Assembly (NCBI GenBank): GCA_024720975.1
Contig: JANJXX010000001.1
Span: 287,408 to 351,407, forward strand
DNA: 64,000 nucleotides
From: Thermoproteota archaeon
Lineage (GTDB): Archaea; Asgardarchaeota; Njordarchaeia; Njordarchaeales; Panguiarchaeaceae
Reading direction: 5' to 3'
Both the position numbers and the translations under genes were made by a program. Below are positions 46,256-56,432 of this stretch, in pieces (the first letter of the stretch is position 1; each line of letters begins with the position of its first letter). A model generated the notes under the pieces. That model was not told the DNA's origin. It made no database searches and saw only the letters and a list, made by a program, of their open reading frames with translations.

Positions 46256-47239
46256 ATGTCAGAGGAAAGCATAGAAGAAACTCCTGAGGAAATTCTTATC
46301 GATGAAAACTTCGTAAAACAAGCGTACGACAGAGTATATAGGGAACTGAAGAAAGCCATAATAGGTATGGATGAAATAATCAAACTTACGTTCATTAGCA
46401 TCCTTTCTGGAGGTCACATCCTGCTTGAAGGAATGCCTGGCGTGGGTAAGACATATTTAGCCCAGAACTTTGCAAATTCTATAGGCGCCACCTTTAAGAG
46501 AATACAAATGACCCCCGATATGCTACCGGCTGACATACTTGGATCATACATTTACGATCAGAAGGAAGGCACGTTCAAATTCCGTCGTGGGCCTATATTC
46601 GCTAACATAATCCTAGCAGATGAAATTAATAGAGCCCCTCCTAAAACACAGGCTGCTTTATTGGAGGCTATGGAAGAACGCCAAGTAACAATAGAGGGGG
46701 TAACATATAAACTTCCCGAACCATTCCTTGTAATCGCAACACAAAATCCAGTAGAATTAGAAGGAACGTATCCCCTCCCAGAGGCACAGCTAAGTCGCTT
46801 CATGATGTATCTGTTTATAGATTACCCCACCGAGGAAGAAGAGTTAGAAATTTTAAAACTTAAACTTAAAACTACAAAACGAGTCTTAACTAGCCAAGTA
46901 ATAAGTTCGAGAACCATCCTAGAAATGCAAAAGTTTTTGCAAACCAAAGTTGATGTCAGCGAAGAGATTCTTAGATACATAAAAGACATTATCATGGCGA
47001 TTAGGAGAGACTCTCGAGTATTATTTGGCTGTTCTCCAAGAGAATCAATATCACTACTGCTAGCATCGAAAGCCCATGCTCTCATAAATGGGCGCGCGTA
47101 TGTTGTACCTGATGATGTGAAAGCCGTTGCTCCGTTTACATTACCTCATCGCGTATTCCTAAAACCTGAGGTTGAACTTGGAGGAGTTAAACCAATAGAT
47201 ATCATAACGACGGCTCTTGAGAGCGTCCCTAGTCCGTAG
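46256..47239 (+). CDS. moxR: MoxR-family AAA+ ATPase
   Basis: GMPGVGKT, RIQMTPD, LADEINRA and ATQNP.E.EGTYPLPEAQ motifs. Confidence 0.94.
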   Translation: MSEESIEETPEEILIDENFVKQAYDRVYRELKKAIIGMDEIIKLTFISILSGGHILLEGMPGVGKTYLAQNFANSIGATFKRIQMTPDMLPADILGSYIYDQKEGTFKFRRGPIFANIILADEINRAPPKTQAALLEAMEERQVTIEGVTYKLPEPFLVIATQNPVELEGTYPLPEAQLSRFMMYLFIDYPTEEEELEILKLKLKTTKRVLTSQVISSRTILEMQKFLQTKVDVSEEILRYIKDIIMAIRRDSRVLFGCSPRESISLLLASKAHALINGRAYVVPDDVKAVAPFTLPHRVFLKPEVELGGVKPIDIITTALESVPSP

Positions 47240-47248
47240 ATATAGTGC

Positions 47249-48541
47249 CTATACAGTGAAATTCTGTAAATTGGAACCTACGAAGTACTTTCTGACTATC
47301 GCGAGGTAGTAGTTATTCATCTCACGAAATATACGAGCAGTTTCAATAGAGCTGCTTTTCCTTCTACCAAGCAGCAACTGGACTAAATTCTCCTTTGCTA
47401 TTTCCCTTAAGACAATGGTTGCAAATGAACCTTTAGGCAATGAAAACATAACCAAATAATCTCTCCCTCCCTCCTTCCTAAGCGCGGGATCCTTCAGCAA
47501 TATTCTACTCACTCTAAATCCACCCCGCGATATTTCTAACTTGGCGCAAGTCACCTTAAAATCCTTCGGTGAAATGCCCTCTCCATCAAGTATTTCCTTT
47601 ATAGCCGATGCTGTCTTGCTGTCAAGGGTTTCAAGATTTAGCTTATGGCCGACGAGCGGCAGCTTCCTCGGCGGATCTTCTAACTCGCTCAAGAGTAAGT
47701 TAAATAGAAAAGACTGATACGCCTCAACGACTAGTCTAAGCAAACCTTGTGGCATGTAGCGTAATATTTTTATTGGATCCACTCCTTTTGTAAGGCCCCT
47801 TAGTACTAATCGTTCAAGCCAAAATTTTCGCGCTGGCAAAAGTTTCAACGCGTCTCCATACTTACGCTCCTCTAAGAGATCTATAAACGCTTCTCTGTTA
47901 GGGAATAGTGGATTTACTTCCCTGAGAAAAGTCATCAACGCCTCCTCATACAGCCCCAGAAGTATCATTTTGCCTACAATATGATTTGTAGGCTTCCAGA
48001 TCCCGAACCTTTGATGCCCGAAGAAATTAAGAATTTGCTCCTTTACGATTTCATGGAATACATCTTCTAAGCAGCCTACAACATTTCGAAGTCGTATTCT
48101 AAACCTATTTCCTTGATGATCACCAATGGAGATTCTCCTAAGCTCGCGGATTGGGTTGTAAATTTTCATGTTTTTAGGAAGTTTCAATGACACTAGATTC
48201 TCTGGAGGGACGTTAAACACGCAAGCACGCTGAGCTGTAAGGGCCTCTTTATCCTTTAGACCACTTAGGAAGAAAAAGTTAGACGGTACATTAAGTCTCT
48301 TGGATAGGATTTTTATAGCGATAAGCGTGTCCATGTTGCGTTTGACCAGAATGAAGTGTGTAAATAGTCCCGGATAACCGCTAGGTCTTAGCTTTGGATC
48401 ATCAACGGATATTATTGTTCCATCTTTAAGAATTTCTTCTACTATGAAGTCATCTACGCAGTGCAATTCAGCATATATCGCTTTAGTAGATTCAGTTGAA
48501 TACTTATGAATACCACATATGTGATCCAGAGCACTAGCCAT
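47249..48541 (-). CDS. truD: tRNA pseudouridine(13) synthase TruD
   Basis: DFIVEE, GLKDKEALT.Q, GNRF, NFFGHQRFG and F.LPKGSFAT motifs. Confidence 0.94.
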   Translation of the reverse strand: MASALDHICGIHKYSTESTKAIYAELHCVDDFIVEEILKDGTIISVDDPKLRPSGYPGLFTHFILVKRNMDTLIAIKILSKRLNVPSNFFFLSGLKDKEALTAQRACVFNVPPENLVSLKLPKNMKIYNPIRELRRISIGDHQGNRFRIRLRNVVGCLEDVFHEIVKEQILNFFGHQRFGIWKPTNHIVGKMILLGLYEEALMTFLREVNPLFPNREAFIDLLEERKYGDALKLLPARKFWLERLVLRGLTKGVDPIKILRYMPQGLLRLVVEAYQSFLFNLLLSELEDPPRKLPLVGHKLNLETLDSKTASAIKEILDGEGISPKDFKVTCAKLEISRGGFRVSRILLKDPALRKEGGRDYLVMFSLPKGSFATIVLREIAKENLVQLLLGRRKSSSIETARIFREMNNYYLAIVRKYFVGSNLQNFTV

Positions 48542-48547
48542 CCTGTG

Positions 48548-48931
48548 TTACCAATCCTTAAGCAGAGGCAAATCGCCTGATACTTTATCAATTTGATTTT
48601 CAAACCATGGTCCAAGTACTAGAACGGTTACTGTCCCTGGCGGAATTTCTGTTAAGCCTGCGTCGGTTATTATTGCCGAGGGAACGCCTATAATCTTCGA
48701 CTTTTCATATCTATTCAGAAGCTCTCTCAAATTTTCAACGAGTAGCACTACCTTCTTCTGACCTTGTTTGATCCATAGCTCACTGATTTCTGGCCTTATT
48801 TTTTGTACAACAAGGAATCCTTCAATTGCAGCATGTGCTACATGTGCAGCTAATTTACCTACTGATAAACCCAGTGATTTTAAATCCTTCCTGACAATTA
48901 TTACTTGCTTTATTGGTGTTGTTGCTAACAT
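48548..48931 (-). CDS. pth2: Peptidyl-tRNA hydrolase Pth2
   Basis: GKLAAHVAHA, GQKKVVL and DAGLTEI motifs. Confidence 0.94.
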   Translation of the reverse strand: MLATTPIKQVIIVRKDLKSLGLSVGKLAAHVAHAAIEGFLVVQKIRPEISELWIKQGQKKVVLLVENLRELLNRYEKSKIIGVPSAIITDAGLTEIPPGTVTVLVLGPWFENQIDKVSGDLPLLKDW

Positions 48932-48957
48932 CTATGAAACACCTAAACGTGATTTCA

Positions 48958-49518
48958 ATGCATATAATAGATCTCAAGAGGAATCTATTGAGAGCATATA
49001 TCTGGTATTTATTAGAAGAAGTCACAGTAATTCCAAGAAAAGATTACACACTAAACTTACTTGATTCCCAGATATCCCTAGTAGTTGGAGAAGAAAAAAA
49101 GCTTCCACGTTTTGTAGCAAGAATTCTGGAGAAGAAAGACATCGTTAAAATCTCAGATGAGCCTCAACGAACTGCGGTTATAAGCGATTTAATAAGGCTA
49201 AGTCAACAAGGTTCGCAATTACAACTACAAGCTCTTGAAGGAAATTTCTATATGCGCCTTGCAGAAGCATTACCAAAGCTAAGCTCAACTCAACTTAATG
49301 AATTAAAACCATGCTTAGAGGCGCTAGTTAGCAAGCGACTGCTAAGGATTATTCACCGATTCCACACCCGAAACTTGGAAGGATTAGATCTTTTAGAACA
49401 AATGCTTCTAAAGTCGGTGCTAAAGCTTTTAGATGAATTTAGTACAACGATTCTGGAGGATTTAATGAATGTAGAAAGCAACTTACTTAAATGGATAGAA
49501 GGACAGTCTTCTAAATGA
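48958..49518 (+). CDS. GINS subunit, Gins23/Psf2-Psf3 type
   Basis: B-domain (V.V..DY...GEE..LPRFVARILE) followed by an A-domain (LQAL..NFY...KRL.RI). Confidence 0.65.
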   Translation: MHIIDLKRNLLRAYIWYLLEEVTVIPRKDYTLNLLDSQISLVVGEEKKLPRFVARILEKKDIVKISDEPQRTAVISDLIRLSQQGSQLQLQALEGNFYMRLAEALPKLSSTQLNELKPCLEALVSKRLLRIIHRFHTRNLEGLDLLEQMLLKSVLKLLDEFSTTILEDLMNVESNLLKWIEGQSSK

Positions 49519-49531
49519 TTAGATGCTATAG

Positions 49532-50101
49532 CTATTTAAGCTCGATAACGTGAAGATCCTCGTAAATAGGCCCCCTGCTTGTTAACGTACTTTTTTTAAT
49601 TTTCACACTGTTTATTAGTAAACTACCTATTTCGACATTTGACAGATTCTTGATTTCATTCACCAGCTTAGAATTATATTTCTTAACACGAGCTAGTGTT
49701 ATGTGAGGAGAAAACTCTTTTTCCTCCTTTCGAAATCCATGTCTGGGCAAATTTTTTCGAAGACAATTAGCTATTTGAGACAAAATTTCCTGTCCATATT
49801 TCATTCCGACCCACACGACTCTAGGGCTTGAAAATTTAGGAAACGCGCCCACCCCTGCTAGGTAAATTTCAAAACTACCTGTGCCTTTGCAACATGATTC
49901 AACTATTTCCTTTACTAGTCCAATTTTTTCCTCGGGTATTTCACCAAGAAAATACAATGTTAAATGAATATTTTCGGGCTCGACCGGCTTCATTGTAGCT
50001 CCTGTTGCCACGAGTCTTTTTTGCAACTCAATTAATTTTAAGACTACATCCTTCGAATTTATATCAATCGCTACAAAAGTGCGAATCAAAGTTACCACCA
50101 T
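49532..50101 (-). CDS. thpR: RNA 2',3'-cyclic phosphodiesterase (2H family)
   Basis: RTFVAI, two HxT motifs (HLTL, HITL), PRVVW and GPIY. Confidence 0.93.
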   Translation of the reverse strand: MVVTLIRTFVAIDINSKDVVLKLIELQKRLVATGATMKPVEPENIHLTLYFLGEIPEEKIGLVKEIVESCCKGTGSFEIYLAGVGAFPKFSSPRVVWVGMKYGQEILSQIANCLRKNLPRHGFRKEEKEFSPHITLARVKKYNSKLVNEIKNLSNVEIGSLLINSVKIKKSTLTSRGPIYEDLHVIELK

Positions 50102-50179
50102 AAGCTTATAATCCTGGAATCTTGTGATGATGCAATAATAATTAAAACCATTTTAATGAGCTTTAGTAGGGTGCCTGAT

Positions 50180-51607
50180 ATGACAAGCAAATACCACTTT
50201 GCCATGGCAGTGCTAATGGCGTTAATCATCTTAATTTCATCAACAATATTGCAAGTTGATGTAGTTACTAGAGATGCCAAGGCAATAAACATCTTGCGAA
50301 ACAAGCAAGGTTACAACCCCTTAATCGCAATATACACTGAAGGCAAGCCTGAACTTTCTATTACTGATTACTCAGACCTACTAGCTATAATTGATGGTCT
50401 TGGTTTGCGCTACAAAAACATCTCTAAACTATCATTCATTGAGCTAGCAAATACGACTTCGCTATTATTGCTGGGACAACGCGAATTCAGTGACGCCGAT
50501 ATAGACACGCTAACGAAATATGTCATGCTATCCGGGGGGTCAATCTTATACCTTGTACCAACTAATTTAACCGAGAGTTCTAAAAAGTTCCTAAAACTAT
50601 TTGGAATACAACCACTTGGCATCGCTTATGACAATGTTTCGCATTATGAGAATGATAGTAGGATAATAATTCTTAACAAAACTTGGCATACAGAATCTCA
50701 CTTGATGCGGGATCTAGAATCGATAATCGTCGCTAATGCATCTGCTTTAAATCTAACTAGTAGCCTTGACATTCTTACTAACTTCAATCTAACGAACACC
50801 TTAAATATTTCGGACAACAGAAGTGTGCCGCTAGTGTATTCATCTCCGTTAATTTGGGGTGGCAACAACACCACAGTCGAGTACAAAAAGGGCTATTATC
50901 TCTATGGACCTAACGTAACGCTTGGTGTTTCAATAAAACTCTGGTCTGGGAGCCGGGTACTTGTTATCTCATCTCCTCACACGTTCGCTAATAGATACAT
51001 AAGGCTGCCTCAATTTGATAATGAAAAGTTACTGAAGAATACTATTCGGTGGCTCATCAAAGACCTTGAGAGTATTAGAATAGCAACGGAAAGTCGTTCT
51101 CCAGAGGATGGTCTCGTATATTTAGCTAGTGGTGTTGGTCATATAAGCGCGACCTTTCGAGTCACTATAGGAGGTTTGGATTATCAAAGCAACTTGGAAG
51201 GTAGCAATAAAACTCTGATTTCAGAGCTTGGTCTAAATCTGTTAGCCGGTATAGAGTATTTAGGTATACTGACTAGGCTGTTTGATCCGAAAATAGTAAA
51301 CGAAACTTACAACACTACAACCAAAGAGGCGCAACTCGTTGTGGAGGCTGCAACGAACGTTTCATATGAAAGATCCGTAGTAGTATACCTGCGCTTAGTC
51401 GTATTTAATGACCAGTATGGTTTCTTTTGGAGTGAAAGGATAAGATTTGAAATTTTGATTCCAAGGGTATTACTCGGAAAGTTTCATCCCGTAGTTTTAA
51501 TAGCTGCGATTGCAATTGCATTTAATGTTGTTCTAGCAATTCTGTTGTATCCCCACGCAAAGAAATACAAGCAAAGTGTCAAAGAATTTGAAAAGAAAAT
51601 ACAATGA
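50180..51607 (+). CDS. Type I membrane GIFT-domain protein, OST48/WBP1-like
   Basis: Signal peptide, GIFT domain (YV..GGSIL, SRVLVISS, NEKLLKNTIRWL), C-terminal TM, tail ending KKIQ, and about 18 N-x-S/T sequons. Confidence 0.65.
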   Translation: MTSKYHFAMAVLMALIILISSTILQVDVVTRDAKAINILRNKQGYNPLIAIYTEGKPELSITDYSDLLAIIDGLGLRYKNISKLSFIELANTTSLLLLGQREFSDADIDTLTKYVMLSGGSILYLVPTNLTESSKKFLKLFGIQPLGIAYDNVSHYENDSRIIILNKTWHTESHLMRDLESIIVANASALNLTSSLDILTNFNLTNTLNISDNRSVPLVYSSPLIWGGNNTTVEYKKGYYLYGPNVTLGVSIKLWSGSRVLVISSPHTFANRYIRLPQFDNEKLLKNTIRWLIKDLESIRIATESRSPEDGLVYLASGVGHISATFRVTIGGLDYQSNLEGSNKTLISELGLNLLAGIEYLGILTRLFDPKIVNETYNTTTKEAQLVVEAATNVSYERSVVVYLRLVVFNDQYGFFWSERIRFEILIPRVLLGKFHPVVLIAAIAIAFNVVLAILLYPHAKKYKQSVKEFEKKIQ

Positions 51608-51624
51608 GAACATGAGACCTTTAT

Positions 51625-52659
51625 CTAACCTCTCTTACGAATCTGTTTTAGCGCCTCAGCTATACTAATCTCTTTTTTCCTCTTTGGCTGTAATTTTCTT
51701 TCGCGCTGAATTATCAGTAAGCCAAGGCCAATTATAACAACGCCTGTGCCTATAAGAGTTACTGAGACGAGTTCTAGCGAAATTGTACCAGGTTTTTCTT
51801 TAGCCGGTTTCAGTAGAGATAATACAACATCAACCCAGAATTTTTTATTGTCACCTAGATCAATCCAGGGCTTCTGATAAATCACATTTTCGATATCGCT
51901 AACACTAATGGCGAAGCCAAATAATGCAACATAACCCTGACCATATTTCCCAATATAGAATAAAACGCCACCGCTTTCAAAGTACAAAACAGTACTTCCA
52001 CTTAGACAATACACCCACTTTGGAGGAACTATAGCTGGAGTTTCATTTAGATCTTTAGTTTTTATGGTGAATATTGTTGTTTGGAGAATGAGATTATACT
52101 CCTTCTTTCGTAGGTAGTTAAACTTTAGAGCATTGGTAAAGTACTTCGAGGAATTCACTCGGAGAAAACTATCGTTGGAGAGAGGATCTATGCAACGCAA
52201 TCCTATACCCCCGGCTGTATAATTTAACTTGGGTCTCTCTTCTAACGGCAGACTTGATAAAAGGTCATCAAATATTATCGGGTCCATGTTGTATTCACGG
52301 TCTGGATCGTGATCCAGTGCTAGCAGTATCAGGATTCCACCTCGGTAAACGTACTTTCTAATGACTTCTAGCTCTTCGTCTGAGAATGTTTTATTAAAGG
52401 GCGGTATTATGAATGCAGCTACGCCAGAGAGCGTACTTTCACTCAATGTACTATTATTGTAGAATATTCTAGCGCGACTGTTTAAGCTCTCATTCAAAGC
52501 ATAGAAGGCTCTGGTAAAATTGAGTATCACCGGATTGTGGTTAATATCGACAACTATAGCAAAATCACTTGGCTCCTCAGATTGCGTACTAGTAACGAGT
52601 GCGCTAGCCGTTAAGATAACTAGGATTAAGATTGGATTTAGAGGCTTCATTTTAATCAC
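51625..52659 (-). CDS. Type I membrane GIFT/IFT52-like domain protein
   Basis: Signal peptide, VVDINH, FSDEELEVIRKYVYRGG, GQGYVALFG, DNKKF, then C-terminal TM and a basic tail. Confidence 0.65.
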   Translation of the reverse strand: MIKMKPLNPILILVILTASALVTSTQSEEPSDFAIVVDINHNPVILNFTRAFYALNESLNSRARIFYNNSTLSESTLSGVAAFIIPPFNKTFSDEELEVIRKYVYRGGILILLALDHDPDREYNMDPIIFDDLLSSLPLEERPKLNYTAGGIGLRCIDPLSNDSFLRVNSSKYFTNALKFNYLRKKEYNLILQTTIFTIKTKDLNETPAIVPPKWVYCLSGSTVLYFESGGVLFYIGKYGQGYVALFGFAISVSDIENVIYQKPWIDLGDNKKFWVDVVLSLLKPAKEKPGTISLELVSVTLIGTGVVIIGLGLLIIQRERKLQPKRKKEISIAEALKQIRKRG

Positions 52660-52738
52660 AGCGTGATTCTTTCGGTAGTGTAGGAGCTCACATTCATTAT
52701 GAATTTACGAGAAAGCCAATTTTACTTTCATATGCCAG

Positions 52739-52975
52739 TTAATAATAATACTCCTCAATAACCTCTCCATCTATCTTTGCCTTACCACCTGTTGGCTGTA
52801 CTATTAACTTCCCACAGTTCGGACATGAAACTTTAGTCGAAGCGTGGGAAAATGTTACAATTGTGTAACCGCAGTTTTTACAACGGACTTTTAGAAAGGT
52901 GCTTCGCGGGAATCTAGCTATTTTTCTCTCCTCCTCAGTAAGCTCTTCGAGTATCTTCTGTATTTCGTGGGCCAT
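52739..52975 (-). CDS. rps27e: 30S ribosomal protein eS27
   Basis: PRSTFLKVRC..C...FSHAST.V.C..CG...PTGGKA. Confidence 0.95.
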   Translation of the reverse strand: MAHEIQKILEELTEEERKIARFPRSTFLKVRCKNCGYTIVTFSHASTKVSCPNCGKLIVQPTGGKAKIDGEVIEEYYY

Positions 52976-52979
52976 AATC

Positions 52980-53038
52980 ATCACCTCAGATATTTATTTT
53001 TTCGTCATTTTTCGGAGGATCACCTCTTCATCATGATG
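52980..53038 (-). ncRNA. Box C/D sRNA; the D' guide is antisense to the 16S rRNA 3' tail (GGAUCACCUC)
   Basis: On the minus strand: C ATGATGA (53034-53028), guide AGAGGTGATCCT, D' CCGA, C' ATGACGA, guide AAAAATAAATAT, D CTGA (52989-52986). Confidence 0.8.
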
Positions 53039-53110
53039 TTTTAGTCATTCTGCTATATGGAACCTTATCATGAGCTATAAGTTTACTTAATTATGTTGAA
53101 CTTATATAAA

Positions 53111-55243
53111 TCACTTCTGTCTCCGATTTTTCTTAGCGCAGTCTTGAGGTAGTCTCGGCTCAATAATCCCGGCTAGAACTCTTTTCAAATCATTACTCGC
53201 TCCTCTTAGTCTTAAGAAGAGCCCTAAGAATTCTTTTCGTGCTTTCTCAATGGCATCTAAATAATCAATTTCTCCGTTCATAATTTGTCTAAGAAGACTA
53301 AGCACATAAGCACAGAAATATGGCTGCAAGAATTCAGGCCAAATTTTTTCGAGAAGCTCAGCGATCCTATAACCAAGCTCCGTTACAATTAGTGTTCTAC
53401 CTCTCCGAATCACATAACCCCTAGCTACGAGTTTTTGAATATGCTCTGGCCTCGTAGCTTTCGTTCCCAGTCCTAGTTTTTCCATTAATTTAAGCAATTC
53501 AGCCTCTGATAGTCTCTTTGGAGGCTTTGTTGATTTCTGCTCCAAATTAACTCTACTAACTCTCAGAACTTCGCCTTTATTTATATCCGGGAAAGCCTGC
53601 CTAGGCTTATTAAACGCGTAAATCCGCCAGAAGCCTTCGTTCAGGATATAAACACCTGTTATATAGAACACCTCACCGCCTATACTAATTGCGACCTTTC
53701 TATATTCCAGCTCTGCTGCGTTCATAAAGAGGGCTAGATACCTCCTAACAATAAGCTCATAAACTTGTATATGCTTTTGAGATAACTTCATGTGAGGCGC
53801 TGGGACATCAATAGGTGTTATAGGTAAATGATCACCGATAAGCTTGCGCCCATTTCTCTTGAGTTCAGCACCCTGAGATAAAATCCACCTAACTACCGGT
53901 TCGAACTTAGAATAGCGTGCAAGCACGCTTAAATTCTCCGCATGATTATAGTTAGGTGGATACTTATCTGTATCTGTTCTAGGATATGTTATTAGTCCAT
54001 CTAAGTATAAATCCTCGAGAACTTTCATCGCCTTATCGGATGGTAGACCCAAAATTCTATTTAACATCACCAGTGCCTTATTCGTGTCTAATGGTGGCGG
54101 GGGTGTTATTCTCCTAGTTTGGCTCTCAATATTTATGACCTCAGCTTTTTCCGCCCTTTTGATTCTTTCGTAGACATCTAGAGCTTTAGTTTTGTCGTAA
54201 AATGGCGAGTCCTTATGGCGTGCTAGAAGTTTCTGTTCACCTTTTACGAGGTTAGCATTAATTGACCAATAGGGCTTTGGCTTGAAGTTTTTGATATAGC
54301 GCTCCCTTAAATACAGGAGATACAACGTTGGACTTTGGACCCTTCCCAGCGATAGTATGCTATTTCTGAGGAGCGCGGATGCAGGACCTTTAACGCCGCG
54401 TCCCAATAGTGTCAATTCACGTGTTGATGAAAATCCTGCGAAGCCATCGATTATCTTTCTGGCTTCTGGTGCGAGTGCCCAAGTGATAATCGGTTTCGTT
54501 GGATTGTTGAAAGATTTTATGAGCTCATCTGAATGCGTTGATATGAACCACATTCTATACACTGGCATTTTTTTAACTTTGTTTATCACTTCAGCAGCTT
54601 CAAATCCAATATTTTCACCCTCTTCGTCGGCATCTGTAGCTATTATAAGGACGTCATGCTTAGAGGCATATGCCCTTAGCAAATGCACTAGTTTTGGGTA
54701 TCGGGGCTTCAGAATTAATGCATTTGGATCCTTTATTATTTTTATCGGGTCTACTGAACTCCAAGACCTATATTCGTCTTTTGTATCATACTCGAGAATA
54801 TGACCCTTAAGAGGGACTACGGTCACAAAATGCGATTTATATTGCAAGGAGAATATGGGCACTCCATACTTGCGAAAGACCCTGAACTTACCATTTGCTA
54901 ATGCCTTTGAAAGTGCCTGAGCAACCTTTGGTTTTTCAGTGATAACGAGAATTTTTGTACCCGGCTTAAGTATCTTTTCCAATGAGTATCTCTGCATGCC
55001 CGGCGATTTTATCTCCGGCAGATTGATATTATCGAGGAAAATTTTAACTGCATCCATAAGGTCCAGTGTCTCTAGTTGCTTTGCCTCTATTCTATACGGA
55101 TCTCCAAACGCAGGCACATACACTTGACTGACACTATCCTTGTTATTCAATCCAGCTTCTGATTGAGAATTAGAGCTAACTTGAAGGCGGAGTTTGGATT
55201 CACTTGGACTTTCTACTTCCTCTTTCTTTGTAGTAGGCATCAT
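53111..55243 (-). CDS. topA: Type IA DNA topoisomerase with N-terminal extension
   Basis: ITEKP, ATDADEEGE, SLGRVQSPTL, catalytic ITYPRTD and GLGTKATR motifs. Confidence 0.95.
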   Translation of the reverse strand: MMPTTKKEEVESPSESKLRLQVSSNSQSEAGLNNKDSVSQVYVPAFGDPYRIEAKQLETLDLMDAVKIFLDNINLPEIKSPGMQRYSLEKILKPGTKILVITEKPKVAQALSKALANGKFRVFRKYGVPIFSLQYKSHFVTVVPLKGHILEYDTKDEYRSWSSVDPIKIIKDPNALILKPRYPKLVHLLRAYASKHDVLIIATDADEEGENIGFEAAEVINKVKKMPVYRMWFISTHSDELIKSFNNPTKPIITWALAPEARKIIDGFAGFSSTRELTLLGRGVKGPASALLRNSILSLGRVQSPTLYLLYLRERYIKNFKPKPYWSINANLVKGEQKLLARHKDSPFYDKTKALDVYERIKRAEKAEVINIESQTRRITPPPPLDTNKALVMLNRILGLPSDKAMKVLEDLYLDGLITYPRTDTDKYPPNYNHAENLSVLARYSKFEPVVRWILSQGAELKRNGRKLIGDHLPITPIDVPAPHMKLSQKHIQVYELIVRRYLALFMNAAELEYRKVAISIGGEVFYITGVYILNEGFWRIYAFNKPRQAFPDINKGEVLRVSRVNLEQKSTKPPKRLSEAELLKLMEKLGLGTKATRPEHIQKLVARGYVIRRGRTLIVTELGYRIAELLEKIWPEFLQPYFCAYVLSLLRQIMNGEIDYLDAIEKARKEFLGLFLRLRGASNDLKRVLAGIIEPRLPQDCAKKNRRQK

Positions 55244-55334
55244 ACAACAGCTTCAAAAGCTTACCTGTTCCTCAATTTTTCCCAATAATTATGTGATTAA
55301 TTAAAGAGAGCGTAGATAGCATGGGGGAAACCAT

Positions 55335-56432
55335 TTGATTAAAGCTGACTTGGCTTTAATTTTTCCACCAAAGGAAAATTTTTGGCCTCTTGATAGTTAT
55401 AATATAAGTCTCATGCCATTCATTGGCAAGCCACTATTCATGAGAATCGCAGAACATGTTCTTAACTTCGTGCAGATACAAAAGCTCTTTCTTTTACACT
55501 ACGGAGACTTAAATAAAAAAGCTTTGAATGGTATCAACTTCTGCAAGGATTTGGAAATTTTACAATTAGGACTTGATACGAAGGCTACAGACCTTCTGGA
55601 ATATCTGAAAAGTCTTGTTGCTGAGAGATTGCTCCTCGCATTCCTTGCATGCGATCTAGGAATACTCACATTCCATGACTTCGATGAGTTGCTTCATGAA
55701 AGCTCAATTTATGTAGAAGAGGACACCGAAAAGATTTTGAACGCAAGAGCAGCGATAAGAGAAAATTCTAGGGTCAGCCCAAATATTGTATATGTTAATG
55801 CATCAAAGGAACGCGTTATTCTGTATCCCTGGGATTTTTTGCCGATAGTGCAATATGTATTAGACTCGCAGGTAACTGAACGATACATAAGCCCAGAAGC
55901 GAAAATCAGTGAGAGTGTTAACATTGTAGGCCCCTGTCACATAGACAGCGAAGCACAAATTCTCGAGGGAGCTGTTATAAAGGGTCCATGCTATATTGGC
56001 CGAGGAGTGCTTGTCGGTAATTACGCGCTGGTGAGAAATAGCATAATTGAGGCTAACTCCATAATCGGAGCATACATGGAGGTGGCACGTTCTTGGCTTG
56101 GAATGTTCTCAGAAACGCACTCAGGATACATTGGTGATAGCATATTCTCCGAGCGCGTTCATGTGGGAGCTGGATTCATAACAGCAAATGTTCGTTTAGA
56201 TCGCCAAGAAATTAGAGTGAAATTAGGTACGAGAAGACTGAATACAGGATTGAAAAAATTTGGAACGATCATTGGATGCAGCACAGAGATAGGCATACAT
56301 TCAGGCACAATGCCAGGCGTACTCATAGGTAAGAATGTTAGGATAGGTCCGGGAACATTAATATTTGATAACGTACCAGACGGAGCCGTTGTTTATACCA
56401 CACAGCAAATAAGGACTTTAAAGAATGACTAG
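55335..56432 (+). CDS. GlmU-like sugar-phosphate nucleotidyl/acetyltransferase (left-handed beta-helix; N-terminal domain degenerate)
   Basis: MPFIGKP, YPWDFL, hexapeptide repeats, YIGDS, ANVRLD and KFGTIIG. Confidence 0.78.
   Translation: MIKADLALIFPPKENFWPLDSYNISLMPFIGKPLFMRIAEHVLNFVQIQKLFLLHYGDLNKKALNGINFCKDLEILQLGLDTKATDLLEYLKSLVAERLLLAFLACDLGILTFHDFDELLHESSIYVEEDTEKILNARAAIRENSRVSPNIVYVNASKERVILYPWDFLPIVQYVLDSQVTERYISPEAKISESVNIVGPCHIDSEAQILEGAVIKGPCYIGRGVLVGNYALVRNSIIEANSIIGAYMEVARSWLGMFSETHSGYIGDSIFSERVHVGAGFITANVRLDRQEIRVKLGTRRLNTGLKKFGTIIGCSTEIGIHSGTMPGVLIGKNVRIGPGTLIFDNVPDGAVVYTTQQIRTLKND

Noticed and set aside
53111-55243. Reverse gyrase
   Set aside because: There is no helicase domain. 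The N-terminal extension is short and low-complexity.
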